A stretch of 64,000 nucleotides of DNA from Pseudomonadota bacterium. Its GTDB lineage: Bacteria; Pseudomonadota; Gammaproteobacteria; Burkholderiales; Rhodocyclaceae. Position numbers and translations under genes: made by a program. The notes beneath the pieces were generated by a model, which saw only the letters and a list, made by a program, of their open reading frames with translations, searched no databases and had not been told where the DNA came from. Numbering within the stretch: the first letter of the stretch is position 1; each line of letters starts with the position of its first letter. This document shows positions 29,902 through 39,827 of the stretch, in pieces. The stretch spans positions 11,709 through 75,708 of the forward strand of contig JBPOHD010000005.1 in the NCBI GenBank assembly GCA_052035955.1. The letters are read 5' to 3'.

Positions 29902-30555
29902 ATGAACAGATTCCTCGCCAGCTTCGCCGCCCTCGCCCTTGCTGCCGCCGCGCTGTTCGCCGGACCCGTCGCCGCCCAGGCGCAGCTCCAGGAGGGCCGC
30001 GACTTCGCGATCCTCAGCCCGGCCCAGCCCACCGATGCCAAGGGGAAGGTCGAGGTGGTCGAGTTCTTCTCCTACGCCTGCCCCCATTGCAGCGACTTCG
30101 ATCCGGTGCTCGACAAGTGGATCAAGCGCCTGCCCAAGGACGTGGAAGTCCGCAAGGTGCCGGTCACCTTCAACCGGGCTGCCTGGGCCAACCTGGCCAA
30201 GATCTACTACGCCCTCGACACCCTCGGCGAGACCGGCCGGCTGCATTCGAAGGTCTTCGAGGCCATTCATGCCAGGAACATCAGACTCGAGGACGAGAAG
30301 GTCGCCATGGAATGGCTCGCCGCCCAGGGCGTGGACATGAAGAAGTTCCAGGATGCCTGGAATGCCTTCGGCATCGGCGGCCGCGTCTCCCAGGGCCAGG
30401 CCATGGCCGTCGCCTACAAGATCGGCGGCGTCCCGACCCTGGCCGTGGCCGGCAAGTACGTCGTCCTCGGCAAGGCCGCGACGACCTACGAGGACCTGCT
30501 GCGCATCGCCGACGCCCTGATCGTCCGGGCGCGCGGCGAGGGCCTCGGCAAGTAA
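29902..30555 (+). CDS. dsbA: Thiol:disulfide interchange protein DsbA
   Basis: Signal peptide present. Carries the CPHC active site in FFSYACPHCSDFDP. 217 aa. Confidence 0.85.
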   Translation: MNRFLASFAALALAAAALFAGPVAAQAQLQEGRDFAILSPAQPTDAKGKVEVVEFFSYACPHCSDFDPVLDKWIKRLPKDVEVRKVPVTFNRAAWANLAKIYYALDTLGETGRLHSKVFEAIHARNIRLEDEKVAMEWLAAQGVDMKKFQDAWNAFGIGGRVSQGQAMAVAYKIGGVPTLAVAGKYVVLGKAATTYEDLLRIADALIVRARGEGLGK

Positions 30556-30571
30556 GCCTGCGGGTGCCGGC

Positions 30572-31357
30572 GTGAGGGTGCCCGGCGGCACGCCGCCGCG
30601 GGTCTTCATCACCGGCGCGTCCTCGGGCCTGGGCGCCGCCCTGGCCCGCGCCTATGCGGCCCGGGGGGCGACCCTGGGCCTGGCCGCCCGCCGGGGCGGC
30701 CTCCTCGCTTCGCTGGCCGGCGAACTCGGCGTTCCCTGCCATTGCTACGCCCTCGACGTCGCCGACGCGGCGGCCATGGAATCGGCGGCCCGGGACTTCG
30801 CCTCGGCCGCCGGCTGCCCCGACATCGTGATCGCCAACGCCGGCATCTCGGTCGGAACCCTGGCGGCCGAACCGGCCGACCTCCCCGTCCTCGAGCGCAT
30901 CATGGCGGTCAATGTCAACGGCATGGCCAATACCTTCGCCCCCTTCCTGCCCGCCATGGGCGCCCTGGGCCGCGGCCGCCTGGTCGGCATCGCCTCGGTG
31001 GCCGGCATCCGCGGCATTCCCGGGGCAGGGGCCTACTCGGCGTCCAAGGCGGCGGCCATCGCCTACCTGGAAAGCCTGAGGGTGGAGTTGCGCCCGGCCG
31101 GCGTCCGCGTCGTCACCATCGCGCCCGGCTACGTGGACACCCCGATGACCCGGCGCAATCCCTATCGCATGCCCTTCCTGCTGCCGGCCGACGAGGCCGC
31201 CCGGCGCATGCTGAAGGTCATCGACCGGGGCGACGGCTACGCGGTCGTTCCCTGGCAGATGGCCGCGGTCGGCAAGCTGCTGCGCCTGCTCCCCAACCCG
31301 GTGTTCGACCGGCTGTTCGCCCGCGCCGGACGCAAGCCCCGCGGCACCGGGCTCTGA
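30572..31357 (+). CDS. SDR-family short-chain dehydrogenase/reductase
   Basis: N-terminus VFITGASSGLGAALARAYA matches the TGxxxGxG motif. Also carries YSASKAA (the YxxxK motif). Confidence 0.8.
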   Translation: MRVPGGTPPRVFITGASSGLGAALARAYAARGATLGLAARRGGLLASLAGELGVPCHCYALDVADAAAMESAARDFASAAGCPDIVIANAGISVGTLAAEPADLPVLERIMAVNVNGMANTFAPFLPAMGALGRGRLVGIASVAGIRGIPGAGAYSASKAAAIAYLESLRVELRPAGVRVVTIAPGYVDTPMTRRNPYRMPFLLPADEAARRMLKVIDRGDGYAVVPWQMAAVGKLLRLLPNPVFDRLFARAGRKPRGTGL

Positions 31358-31771
31358 GCGGCAGGCCCTTGCCCATGGTATTTTTCCGTGCGTGCCGCCC
31401 CCGGCCGGCGGCGAACCAGGGAGGGAAGTGGCTTGGCTGACCCCGCGATGATCTGGGCGCGCCTGACGGCCGGCTTCCGGCGGCTGTCGGAGGAGTCGCG
31501 GGAGGCCCTGACGCAGCGCCTGCTGGCCCGCCGAGGCGTGCTGTTCTTGCACGTGGCCGCCTTCCTCGTCTTCGGCCCCCTGGGCCTGCTCGCCACGGCC
31601 GGCGTCCACGCCCTCGTGGAGGCCTGGCGGGCCGGGGAGGGCGCCGTCCCGCCGGTGCCGCGCAGCCCCCTGGGCGAGGGCGGCGGGAGCGCCGCCGCAT
31701 CGAATCCCTTCGCTTCCCCCTTCAGGCGGTCCGCCGCCGGCTCACCCTCCGTCTTTTCGGGAGTTCCCGCC

Positions 31772-32569
31772 ATGCCGCGCTTCATCAAGGTCCTGCTTTC
31801 CCTCGCCGCCGCCGTCCTGGTCCTCTGGATCCTGTCGCCCTTCGCCATCGTGCCGGCGGGCCACCGGGGCGTCGTCACCACCTTCGGCAAGGTCTCTCCG
31901 GAGGTTTTCGACGAAGGCATCCACCTCGTCATCCCCGTCGCGCAAGCGGTGTACCTCATGGACGTGCGCATCCAGAAGGGCGAGGGGGCGGGCGACGCGG
32001 CCTCGAAGGACCTGCAGCAGGTGCACACGACGGTGGCCCTGAACTACCACATCGACCCGAAGGAGGCGGCCAACGTCTTCCAGGACGTCGGGACCACCAT
32101 CGGCGACAAGATCATCGTCCCCGCCGTCCAGGAAGCGGTGAAGGCGGCGACGGCCCAATACACCGCGGAGGAACTGATCACCAAGCGCCCCGAGGTGCGC
32201 GACCGGATCCGGGGCCTGCTGGTCGAGCGCCTGACCCGCCACGGCGTGGCGGTGGACGAGTTCTCCATCGTCAATTTCACGTTCTCCAAGAGCTTCAACG
32301 AGGCCATCGAGGGAAAGACCACGGCCGAGCAGTTGAAGCTCAAGGCGGAGCGCGACCTGATGCGCATCCGCGTCGAGGCGGAGCAGAAGGTGACCCAGGC
32401 CAAGGCGGAGGCGGAGTCCCTGGCCTTGCAGAAGCAGCAGGTGACGCCGGAACTGATCCGCCTGCGGGAGATCGAGAACCAGCGTCGAGCCATCGAGAAA
32501 TGGGACGGCCACATGCCCCAGGTGGCCGGCGGCGCCCTGCCCTTCATCAACGTCCAGCCTGCCCGGTAG
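31772..32569 (+). CDS. SPFH/band-7 (prohibitin/HflC-like) membrane protein
   Basis: GGGAG RBS is present. The protein begins MPRFIKVLLSLAAAVLVLWILSPFAIVPAGHRGVVTTFGKV. A coiled-coil C-terminus follows. The listed 31388 start is an unsupported N-terminal extension. Confidence 0.75.
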   Translation: MPRFIKVLLSLAAAVLVLWILSPFAIVPAGHRGVVTTFGKVSPEVFDEGIHLVIPVAQAVYLMDVRIQKGEGAGDAASKDLQQVHTTVALNYHIDPKEAANVFQDVGTTIGDKIIVPAVQEAVKAATAQYTAEELITKRPEVRDRIRGLLVERLTRHGVAVDEFSIVNFTFSKSFNEAIEGKTTAEQLKLKAERDLMRIRVEAEQKVTQAKAEAESLALQKQQVTPELIRLREIENQRRAIEKWDGHMPQVAGGALPFINVQPAR

Positions 32570-32581
32570 GGGCGACCTCGT

Positions 32582-33364
32582 TCAGAAGGTCGCCGCCAGC
32601 TGGGCGGCGGCGCGGCGCAAGGCCGGCAGGTGGGCCAGCGCCTGCGACAGACCCATGCGCGAGGATGGGGCGTGGACGGCCAGCGCGGCGGGCACCCTTC
32701 GATCGCCATCGTCCACGGGCACGGCCACGCAGACCGTCCCCTCCAGGTATTCCTCGTCATCGGTGCCGACGCGCTCGCGGCGGATGCGCTTCAGGGCGGC
32801 GTCGAAGGCTTCCCGGTCCGTGACGGTCTTGTCCGTGAAGCGCTCCATGGGCATGGCGTCGAGCAGGCGCTTGCGCTCGCGGGCCGGCAGCAGGGAGAGG
32901 AGGAGCTTGCCGCTGGCGCTGCAATGGGCCGGTACGCGCGAACCGCGCTGGAAATGCAGGCGCAGGGGCCAGGCGGCTTCGACGCGATCCAGATAGACCA
33001 CTTCGCCTCCGTCCAGCATGGTGAGGTTGCAGGTTTCCCCGAGCTCGGCCACGAGTCCCTGGAGGATGGCATGGCGCGGACCGCGGATGCCGGTGTTGGA
33101 CAGCACGTCGAGGGCGAGGGCGGCCAGGCGCGGCCCCGGCAGGTAGCGTCGCCCATCCGGTTCGCGGACCAGCATGCCTGCCTGCTCGATGACCCCGAGG
33201 ATGCGGTGCACCGTCGGCTTCGGCAGGCCGGTTGCCGCCATCAGGTCGGCGGGGGCCACGGGACCGTCGGCCCGCGCCACCTGTTCCAGCAGGTTGAGGG
33301 CACGCAGGGCCGCCGAAGAGGACTCGTTGTCGTGTTTCGACATAAATTCAACAAAACGAGACAA
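32582..33364 (-). CDS. IclR-family transcriptional regulator
   Basis: N-terminal HTH (LLEQVARADGPVAPADLMAATGLPKPTVHRIL) followed by an IclR effector domain. Transcribed divergently from the TPP-enzyme operon. Confidence 0.8.
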   Translation of the reverse strand: MSRFVEFMSKHDNESSSAALRALNLLEQVARADGPVAPADLMAATGLPKPTVHRILGVIEQAGMLVREPDGRRYLPGPRLAALALDVLSNTGIRGPRHAILQGLVAELGETCNLTMLDGGEVVYLDRVEAAWPLRLHFQRGSRVPAHCSASGKLLLSLLPARERKRLLDAMPMERFTDKTVTDREAFDAALKRIRRERVGTDDEEYLEGTVCVAVPVDDGDRRVPAALAVHAPSSRMGLSQALAHLPALRRAAAQLAATF

Positions 33365-33433
33365 GGTGTCCCATTATTGCAATCCTTCGTGCGACATGCA
33401 ATCATTGGATCGAAAAGCTCAGGAGGAATCGCC

Positions 33434-35206
33434 ATGACGAATCCGTCTTCCGCACCCGGGGTCCAACGGATGACCCCCAGCGAGGCTCTGGTCGAAACCC
33501 TGGTGGCCCAGGGCGTCCGCGATGTCTTCGGCATCGTCGGCTCGGCCTACATGGATGCCCTCGACCTGTTCCCCGCCGCCGGCATACGCTTCATTCCCAC
33601 CGTCCACGAGCAGGGCGCCGCCCACATGGCCGACGGCTATGCCCGGGCGGGCGGCCGGCACGGCGTCTGCGTCGGCCAGAACGGGCCCGGCATCACCAAT
33701 TTCGTCACCGCCGTGGCGGCGGCCTACTGGGCCCACAGTCCGGTGGTCTTCATCACGCCCGAGACGGGCAGCATGAGCGTCGGTCTTGGGGGATTCCAGG
33801 AGACCGACCAGCTGGCGATCTTCTCGCGCATCACCAAATACCAGGGGCATGTCAACAACCCGCGCCGCATGGCCGAGATCGCCGGCCGCTGCTTCGACCG
33901 CGCGGCCCTCGACATGGGGCCGGCCCAGCTCAACATCCCGCGCGACTACCTCTACGGCGAGGCCGACTACGCCATTCCGCGGCCCGTCCGGGTCGAGCGC
34001 GGCCCGGGTGGGCGGGAGAGCCTGGACGAGGCCGCGGCCCTGCTCGCCGGCGCCCGATTCCCCGTCATCGTGGCCGGCGGCGGGGTGGTGATGGCGGAGG
34101 CGACGGAGGCCTGCGTGCGCCTGGCCGACCTGCTGGCCGCGCCGGTGGTCACCAGCTACCTGCACAACGATGCCTTCCCCGCGGGGCACCCCCTGTGGTG
34201 CGGACCCATCGGCTACCAGGGATCGAAGGCTGCCATGCGCCTGATCGCGCGGGCCGACGTGGTGCTTGCCCTGGGAACGCGGCTCGGTCCCTTCGGCACC
34301 CTGCCCCAGTACGGGCTGGACTACTGGCCCTCGTCCGCGAAGATCATCCAGATCGACGCGGACCCGCGGATGATCGGCCTCGTGCGGCCCGTCTCGGTCG
34401 GCATCTGCGGCGACGCGAAGGCCACTGCGGAGGCGCTGCTGGAGCGGCTCTGGTCCCGGCCGGGCGTCTCCCTCGGCGACCTCGACGGGCGACGGGAGGC
34501 GGTGGCCCGGGAAAAGGCCGCCTGGGAGGACGAGCTTGCCGGGTGGATCCAGGAACAGGATCCCTGGAGCATGGAGGTGGCGGCCCAGGATCAGGGCATG
34601 CACCCGCGGCAGATGCTGAGGGCACTGGAGCGCGCCATGCCGCACGACGCCATGGTCTCCACGGACATCGGCAACATCTGCTCCGTGGCCAACAGCTACC
34701 TCCGCTTCGATCGGCCGCGCAGCATGTTCGCGGCGATGAGCTTCGGCAACTGCGGCTACGCCTTCCCGGCCATCATCGGCGCCAAGGTGGCGGCCCCGGA
34801 GCGGCCGGCGATCGCCTACGTGGGCGACGGGGCCTGGGGCATGAGCTTCGGGGAGATCCTCACCTGCGTGCGCGAGCGGATTCCGGTCACGGCCGTGGTC
34901 TTCCACAATCGCCAGTGGGGGGCGGAGAAGAAGAACCAGGTCGATTTCTACAACCGCCGCTTCGTCGGCGCCAACCTAGAGAGCCCCAGCTTTGCCGGCA
35001 TCGCCCGGGCGATGGGGGCCGAGGGCCAGGTGATCGACCGCCTGGCCGACGTCGGGCCCGCCCTCGAGGCAGCCTGCGCGGCCCAGGAGGACGGCCGGAC
35101 GACCGTCCTCGAGATGATGGTGACGCGGGAACTGGGCGATCCCTTCCGCCGCGACGCCCTCGCCAAGCCCGTCCGCCTTCTGGACAAGTACAAGGACTAC
35201 GCATGA
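33434..35206 (+). CDS. Thiamine-pyrophosphate enzyme (acetolactate synthase / sulfoacetaldehyde acetyltransferase superfamily)
   Basis: AGGAGG RBS is present. 590 aa. Has the three TPP-enzyme domains and the TPP-binding motif YVGDGAWGMSFGEI...N. The N-terminus MTNPSSAPGVQRMTPSEALVETL recalls Xsc-type enzymes, but that assignment is uncertain. Confidence 0.7.
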   Translation: MTNPSSAPGVQRMTPSEALVETLVAQGVRDVFGIVGSAYMDALDLFPAAGIRFIPTVHEQGAAHMADGYARAGGRHGVCVGQNGPGITNFVTAVAAAYWAHSPVVFITPETGSMSVGLGGFQETDQLAIFSRITKYQGHVNNPRRMAEIAGRCFDRAALDMGPAQLNIPRDYLYGEADYAIPRPVRVERGPGGRESLDEAAALLAGARFPVIVAGGGVVMAEATEACVRLADLLAAPVVTSYLHNDAFPAGHPLWCGPIGYQGSKAAMRLIARADVVLALGTRLGPFGTLPQYGLDYWPSSAKIIQIDADPRMIGLVRPVSVGICGDAKATAEALLERLWSRPGVSLGDLDGRREAVAREKAAWEDELAGWIQEQDPWSMEVAAQDQGMHPRQMLRALERAMPHDAMVSTDIGNICSVANSYLRFDRPRSMFAAMSFGNCGYAFPAIIGAKVAAPERPAIAYVGDGAWGMSFGEILTCVRERIPVTAVVFHNRQWGAEKKNQVDFYNRRFVGANLESPSFAGIARAMGAEGQVIDRLADVGPALEAACAAQEDGRTTVLEMMVTRELGDPFRRDALAKPVRLLDKYKDYA

Positions 35207-35257
35207 CGGGCCGCGCCGGCAGGCGCGGCGCCCAGCAACCGGAAAGAGGAGAGAAAA

Positions 35258-37009
35258 ATGTCTGAAATCAGCGGCGGCGAGATCATCGCCCGCATGTTGC
35301 AGAAGGAAGGCGTCGAGAAGGTCTTCGGCATCATCGACGGGACCTACTTCGGCTTCTATTCCTCGTTGCATCGGCTCGGCATCGAGATCGTCACGCCGCG
35401 CCACGAATCCTGCGCGGCCCACATGGCGGGCGCCTATGCGCGCCTGACCGGCAAGCTGGGCGTCTGCATGGCCAGCAACGGGCCGGGGGTGGCCAACATC
35501 CTGCCCGGCCTGGTCGTCGAGCAGGCGGAGGGCAACCGGGTCCTGGCCATCACCAGCGCCCGCCGGCCCGGCATCATGTACCCGGACCGGGGCGGTGCCT
35601 ACCAGTGCTTCGACCAGTCCGGCGTCATCGGGAAGATCGGCAAGTGGAGCGCCGCGGTGTCGGCCTTCGAGCGGGTGCCGGAGCTGACCCGCAAGGCTCT
35701 GCGCAAGAGCTGGGAGGGGCGTCCCGGCGTGGTGCACGTGGACGTACCGGAGAACATCATGAACGGCAAGGTGAAGGCCGAGGTGGGCTTCTGGGCGCCC
35801 CACCAGTACCGCCATCCCGATCCGGTCTCCCCAACCACGGACCAGGTGGCCCGGGCCGCCACCCTGCTGGTGCAGGCCAAGGCGCCGATGATCCACGCCG
35901 GGTCCGGCATCATCCATGCCGGCGCCTACGACGCCCTGAAGCGGGTCGCCGAACTGCTGCAGGCGCCGGTGACGACCAGCTGGGCCGCCCGCGGCGTGCT
36001 GACGGAGGATTCGCCGCTGGCCATTCCCATGCCCCACGTGAAGCTCAACCACAAGGTGCGCAACGATGCGGACGTGGTGCTGATCATCGGTTCCCGCCTC
36101 GGCGAGACCGACTGGTGGGGCAGGCCGCCCTACTGGCGGGCGGCCGCCGAGCAGCAGACCATCCAGGTGGACGCCGACCCGGACATGATCGGCCTCAACA
36201 AGCCGGCGGACCTGGCCATCGTCGCCGACGCCCGGCGCTTCCTGGAGGCCCTGGCCGCCGAGCTCGAGCTGCGCAGGAACGGCATCGACACCGCCGGCCG
36301 CCAGGCCCGCCTGGCCGGCTACTCGAAAGTCATGCGGGAGGACCGGGAAGGCTGGGACAAGGCCCTCGCCGACATGGCCGTGCCCATGCATCCCGCCCAC
36401 ATCGGCGCCGTCTGCCGCGAGCTCTTCCCGGCCGATTCGGTGCTCGTCGCCGACGGCGGCAACGCCACCATCTGGGCCATGTTTTATCACCGGGTCACCG
36501 TGCCCAACACGGTGGTGTCCACCTTCAAGTTCGGCATGCTCGGCGCCGGCATGGCCCAGGCCGTCGGCGCCGCCATGGCGCGACCCGGCAAGCCGGTCTG
36601 CTGCATCATCGGCGACGGCGCCTTCGGTTTCCATCCCCAGGAGGTGGAGACGGCGGTGCGCAACAAGGCCCAGGTCATCTACGTGGTCCTCTGCGACAAG
36701 CAGTGGGGCATGGTGAAGATGAACCAGCAATTCATGCTGCGCCCCTTCAAGACGATGATCTTCAAGCACCTGGACCCGGACGAGACCATCAAGGCCGACC
36801 TCGGCGAGATCGAGTTCGACAAGCTGGGGCAGAGCATGGGGGCCTACGGGGAACGGGTGTCCGACCCGACGCAGCTGAAGTCGGCCCTGGAGCGCGCGCT
36901 GGCCACCGGCGGCTGCGCGGTGATCCACGTCGATGTGGACCCGGTGAAACACATGTGGGCGCCGGGGCTGATACATTTCAAGAAAATGCACGAGGAGCCC
37001 AAGGGCTGA
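35258..37009 (+). CDS. Thiamine-pyrophosphate enzyme (acetolactate synthase large-subunit-like)
   Basis: 583 aa. Carries the TPP motif IIGDGAFGFHPQEVETAVRNK. Confidence 0.75.
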   Translation: MSEISGGEIIARMLQKEGVEKVFGIIDGTYFGFYSSLHRLGIEIVTPRHESCAAHMAGAYARLTGKLGVCMASNGPGVANILPGLVVEQAEGNRVLAITSARRPGIMYPDRGGAYQCFDQSGVIGKIGKWSAAVSAFERVPELTRKALRKSWEGRPGVVHVDVPENIMNGKVKAEVGFWAPHQYRHPDPVSPTTDQVARAATLLVQAKAPMIHAGSGIIHAGAYDALKRVAELLQAPVTTSWAARGVLTEDSPLAIPMPHVKLNHKVRNDADVVLIIGSRLGETDWWGRPPYWRAAAEQQTIQVDADPDMIGLNKPADLAIVADARRFLEALAAELELRRNGIDTAGRQARLAGYSKVMREDREGWDKALADMAVPMHPAHIGAVCRELFPADSVLVADGGNATIWAMFYHRVTVPNTVVSTFKFGMLGAGMAQAVGAAMARPGKPVCCIIGDGAFGFHPQEVETAVRNKAQVIYVVLCDKQWGMVKMNQQFMLRPFKTMIFKHLDPDETIKADLGEIEFDKLGQSMGAYGERVSDPTQLKSALERALATGGCAVIHVDVDPVKHMWAPGLIHFKKMHEEPKG

Positions 37010-37112
37010 AGGGCTTCCGCGGCCGCCACCGGCGGGACCGCCGGGCGGCGGCCGTTCGATTGCGCGACCAGGAAGGCGCAGTTGCGGCGCTGCGCGGGAG
37101 GGAGGAGGGAAC

Positions 37113-38033
37113 ATGGGCGACATCGATCTGGTCCGGCTGAACTTCAATCCGGAATCCCTGGGATTGTTGAACGTGATCCTGGGCATCGTCATGTTCGGTG
37201 TCGCCATGGACATGAAACTCTCGGACTTCAAGGGCGTGCTGGCGACGCCCAAACCGGTGATGATCGGCGTGCTCGGCCAGTTCGTCCTCCTGCCGGCCTT
37301 CAGCTACCTCCTGATCCTGCTCATCGAACCGGCGCCGAGCATCGCCCTCGGCATGATGCTGGTGGCCGCCTGTCCGGGCGGCAACATCTCGAATTTCCTG
37401 ACGCACTTCTCGCGCGGGAACACCGCCCTCTCCGTGACCATGACGGCCATCTCGACGGCCGTGGCCATCGTCATGACCCCCCTCAACTTTTCCTTCTGGT
37501 CCAGCCTCAATCCGAAGACCGCCACCCTCCTCAACTCGGTGTCGCTGGACCCGGCCGAGATGCTGCTGGCCGTGTTCATGCTCCTCGGCGTGCCGATGGC
37601 GGCAGGCCTGCTGGTTGCCCGCCGCTTTCCCGCCTTCGCGGAGCGGACCAAGAAGCCGATGCGCGTCTTCTCCCTGGTGTTCTTCGCGATCTTCGTCATT
37701 GGCGCCCTGATCGCCAACTGGCAGTACTTCATCAAGTACGTGGGTTTCGTGGTCTTCGCGGTCTTCCTGCAGAATGCCCTGGCCCTTTCTGCAGGCTATT
37801 TCGCCGCCCTGTTCTCGGGCCTTCCCGAGGCGGACCGGCGGGCCGTCTCGATCGAGGTCGGGATCCAGAATTCCGGTCTCGGCCTGGTCCTGATCTTCAA
37901 TTTCTTCGACGGCCTCGGCGGCATGGCCATCGTCACCGCGTGGTGGGGCATCTGGCACGTGATCAGCGGCTTTACGGTCGCCGGCCTCTGGCGCCGCAGG
38001 CCCCCGACGGCGACTGCCGCCCCGACGCCATGA
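37113..38033 (+). CDS. Bile acid:sodium symporter (BASS) family transporter
   Basis: 306 aa polytopic membrane protein with the motifs ...LVAACPGGNISNFLTHF... and ...IEVGIQNSGLGLVL... typical of the SBF/BASS family. Confidence 0.7.
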   Translation: MGDIDLVRLNFNPESLGLLNVILGIVMFGVAMDMKLSDFKGVLATPKPVMIGVLGQFVLLPAFSYLLILLIEPAPSIALGMMLVAACPGGNISNFLTHFSRGNTALSVTMTAISTAVAIVMTPLNFSFWSSLNPKTATLLNSVSLDPAEMLLAVFMLLGVPMAAGLLVARRFPAFAERTKKPMRVFSLVFFAIFVIGALIANWQYFIKYVGFVVFAVFLQNALALSAGYFAALFSGLPEADRRAVSIEVGIQNSGLGLVLIFNFFDGLGGMAIVTAWWGIWHVISGFTVAGLWRRRPPTATAAPTP

Positions 38034-39001
38034 ACGGCGTTCCCGTCCTCGTCACGGGTGCCGGGGGTTACCTGGGCACCCAGCTCCTGGCCGGCCTGGC
38101 CGGCGATGGCAATGGCCCGGGCATCGTCGCCCTCGACGTGCGCGAAGTCCCGGCGGAAAGGCGCCTGCCCGGCGTCGATTACCGCCTGGCCGACGTGCGC
38201 GATGCCGAGGGCCTGCAGCGCATCTTCCTCGAGACCCGGCCGCGGGTGGTGGTGCATCTCGCCTCCATCGTCACCCCGGGCAAGGACAGCAACCGCCAGT
38301 TCGAGTACGAGGTGGACGTGGGCGGCACGGCCAAGGTGCTGGAGGCCTGCCGGCTGGCCGGCGTGCGGCGCATCGTCGTCACCTCGAGCGGCGCCGCCTA
38401 CGGCTATTACGCCGACAATCCCGCCTGGATCTCGGAGGACTGGCCGGTGCGCGGCAACGAGGCCTTTGCCTACGCCTACCACAAGCGCCTCGTCGAGGAG
38501 ATGCTGGCGGCCTGGCGCAGGAAGTTTCCAGAGCTCGAACAGGTGGTCTTCCGGGTCGGCACCATCCTCGGCGAGACGGTGCGCAACCAGATCACGGACC
38601 TCTTCGAGAAGCCGCGGCTGATCGCCATCCGCGGTTCCGACAGTCCCTTCGTCTTCGTCTGGGACCGGGACGTGGTGGGCGCCATCCGGCGCGCCATCGG
38701 GGACGGCCCGGCCGGCATCTACAACGTCGCCGGGGACGGCGCCATGACCATCCGGCAGATCGCCGCCCGCCTCGGCAAGCCGGTGCTGGCGATTCCGGCC
38801 GGCCTGCTGCGCGGCGTCCTGGCCGTCCTCAAGCCCCTCGGCCTGACCCAGTACGGACCCGCCCAGGTGGATTTCCTGCGCTACCGGCCGGTCCTCGACA
38901 ACGCCCGCCTGAAGGGCGACTTCGGCTACCGGCCCGAGCTGAGTTCCGCCGAGGTCTTCGACCTCTACCTGCGCTCCCACGGCCACCGTGTCACGGCGTG
39001 A
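38030..39001 (+). CDS. NAD-dependent epimerase/dehydratase family protein
   Basis: The ATG overlaps the upstream TGA. Carries the Rossmann motif VLVTGAGGYLGTQL and YxxxK (YAYHKRL). Confidence 0.75.
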   Translation: MNGVPVLVTGAGGYLGTQLLAGLAGDGNGPGIVALDVREVPAERRLPGVDYRLADVRDAEGLQRIFLETRPRVVVHLASIVTPGKDSNRQFEYEVDVGGTAKVLEACRLAGVRRIVVTSSGAAYGYYADNPAWISEDWPVRGNEAFAYAYHKRLVEEMLAAWRRKFPELEQVVFRVGTILGETVRNQITDLFEKPRLIAIRGSDSPFVFVWDRDVVGAIRRAIGDGPAGIYNVAGDGAMTIRQIAARLGKPVLAIPAGLLRGVLAVLKPLGLTQYGPAQVDFLRYRPVLDNARLKGDFGYRPELSSAEVFDLYLRSHGHRVTA

Positions 39002-39803
39002 CTTCCGCGGCCGGCATGTGGTCGTCACCGGCGCCGCCGGCGGACTCGGCCGGGCGCTCTGCCTGCGCTTCGGCGCCGAGGGGGCGAGCATCGCGGCCCT
39101 GGACCGGGATGCGGGCGCCCTGGCGGCCCTGTCGGAACTGCTCGCCGGGCGCGGCATCCGCCACGCCGCGGTCGCCTGCGACGTGGCCGACGAGGGTGGG
39201 GTTGCGGCGGCCTTCGATCAGGCCAGGGCGATCCTGGGGCCGGTGGACCTGCTGATCGCCAACGCCGGCATCACCCAGCGCAGCCTGCTGGCGAACACCC
39301 GTCCGGCGGTGATCCGCCGGGTCATGGAAGTGAATTTCCTCGGCGCCCTGTACTGCACCCACGCCGCCCTGCCGGACCTGCTGGCGCGCCGGGGCATGGT
39401 GATCGGCATTTCCAGCGTCGCCGGCTTCGCGCCCCTGCTGGCCCGCACCGGTTATGCCGCCAGCAAGCACGCCCTGCACGGCTTCTTCGACAGCCTGCGC
39501 AGCGAAGTGTCGGGTGCCGGCGTGGATGTGCTGCTGGTCTGCCCGTCCTTCATCGAGACGGGCATCGAGAAGGCGGCGCTGGCGGGCGACGGCCGACCGG
39601 TCGGCCACGGCCAGGCCGTCGTGGGCCGGCGGGCGACCCCGGAGGAGATCGCCGAAAGAATCCACCGCGCCGCCGTGCGTCGCCGGCGGTTGCTGCTGCC
39701 GGGCGCCGTGCCGCGCCTGGCCTGGTGGGTGTCGCGGCTGGCCCCGGGGGTCTATGCGCGGCTCATGGCGCGCAGCCAGCGGGCGGAGTTGGAGGCCGGC
39801 TGA
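38988..39803 (+). CDS. SDR-family oxidoreductase
   Basis: Carries VVVTGAAGGLGRAL and YAASKHAL. Confidence 0.75.
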   Translation: MSRRDFRGRHVVVTGAAGGLGRALCLRFGAEGASIAALDRDAGALAALSELLAGRGIRHAAVACDVADEGGVAAAFDQARAILGPVDLLIANAGITQRSLLANTRPAVIRRVMEVNFLGALYCTHAALPDLLARRGMVIGISSVAGFAPLLARTGYAASKHALHGFFDSLRSEVSGAGVDVLLVCPSFIETGIEKAALAGDGRPVGHGQAVVGRRATPEEIAERIHRAAVRRRRLLLPGAVPRLAWWVSRLAPGVYARLMARSQRAELEAG

Positions 39804-39827
39804 GGGCCGGCGCCGCATCGCCGCCGG

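Noticed and set aside
31388-31771. N-terminal 128-codon extension of the SPFH protein ORF
   Set aside because: The canonical band-7 N-terminus with a good RBS starts at 31772. The extension is Ala/Gly/Pro-rich with no support. A separate small membrane protein gene (MIWARLTAGF...) cannot be excluded.
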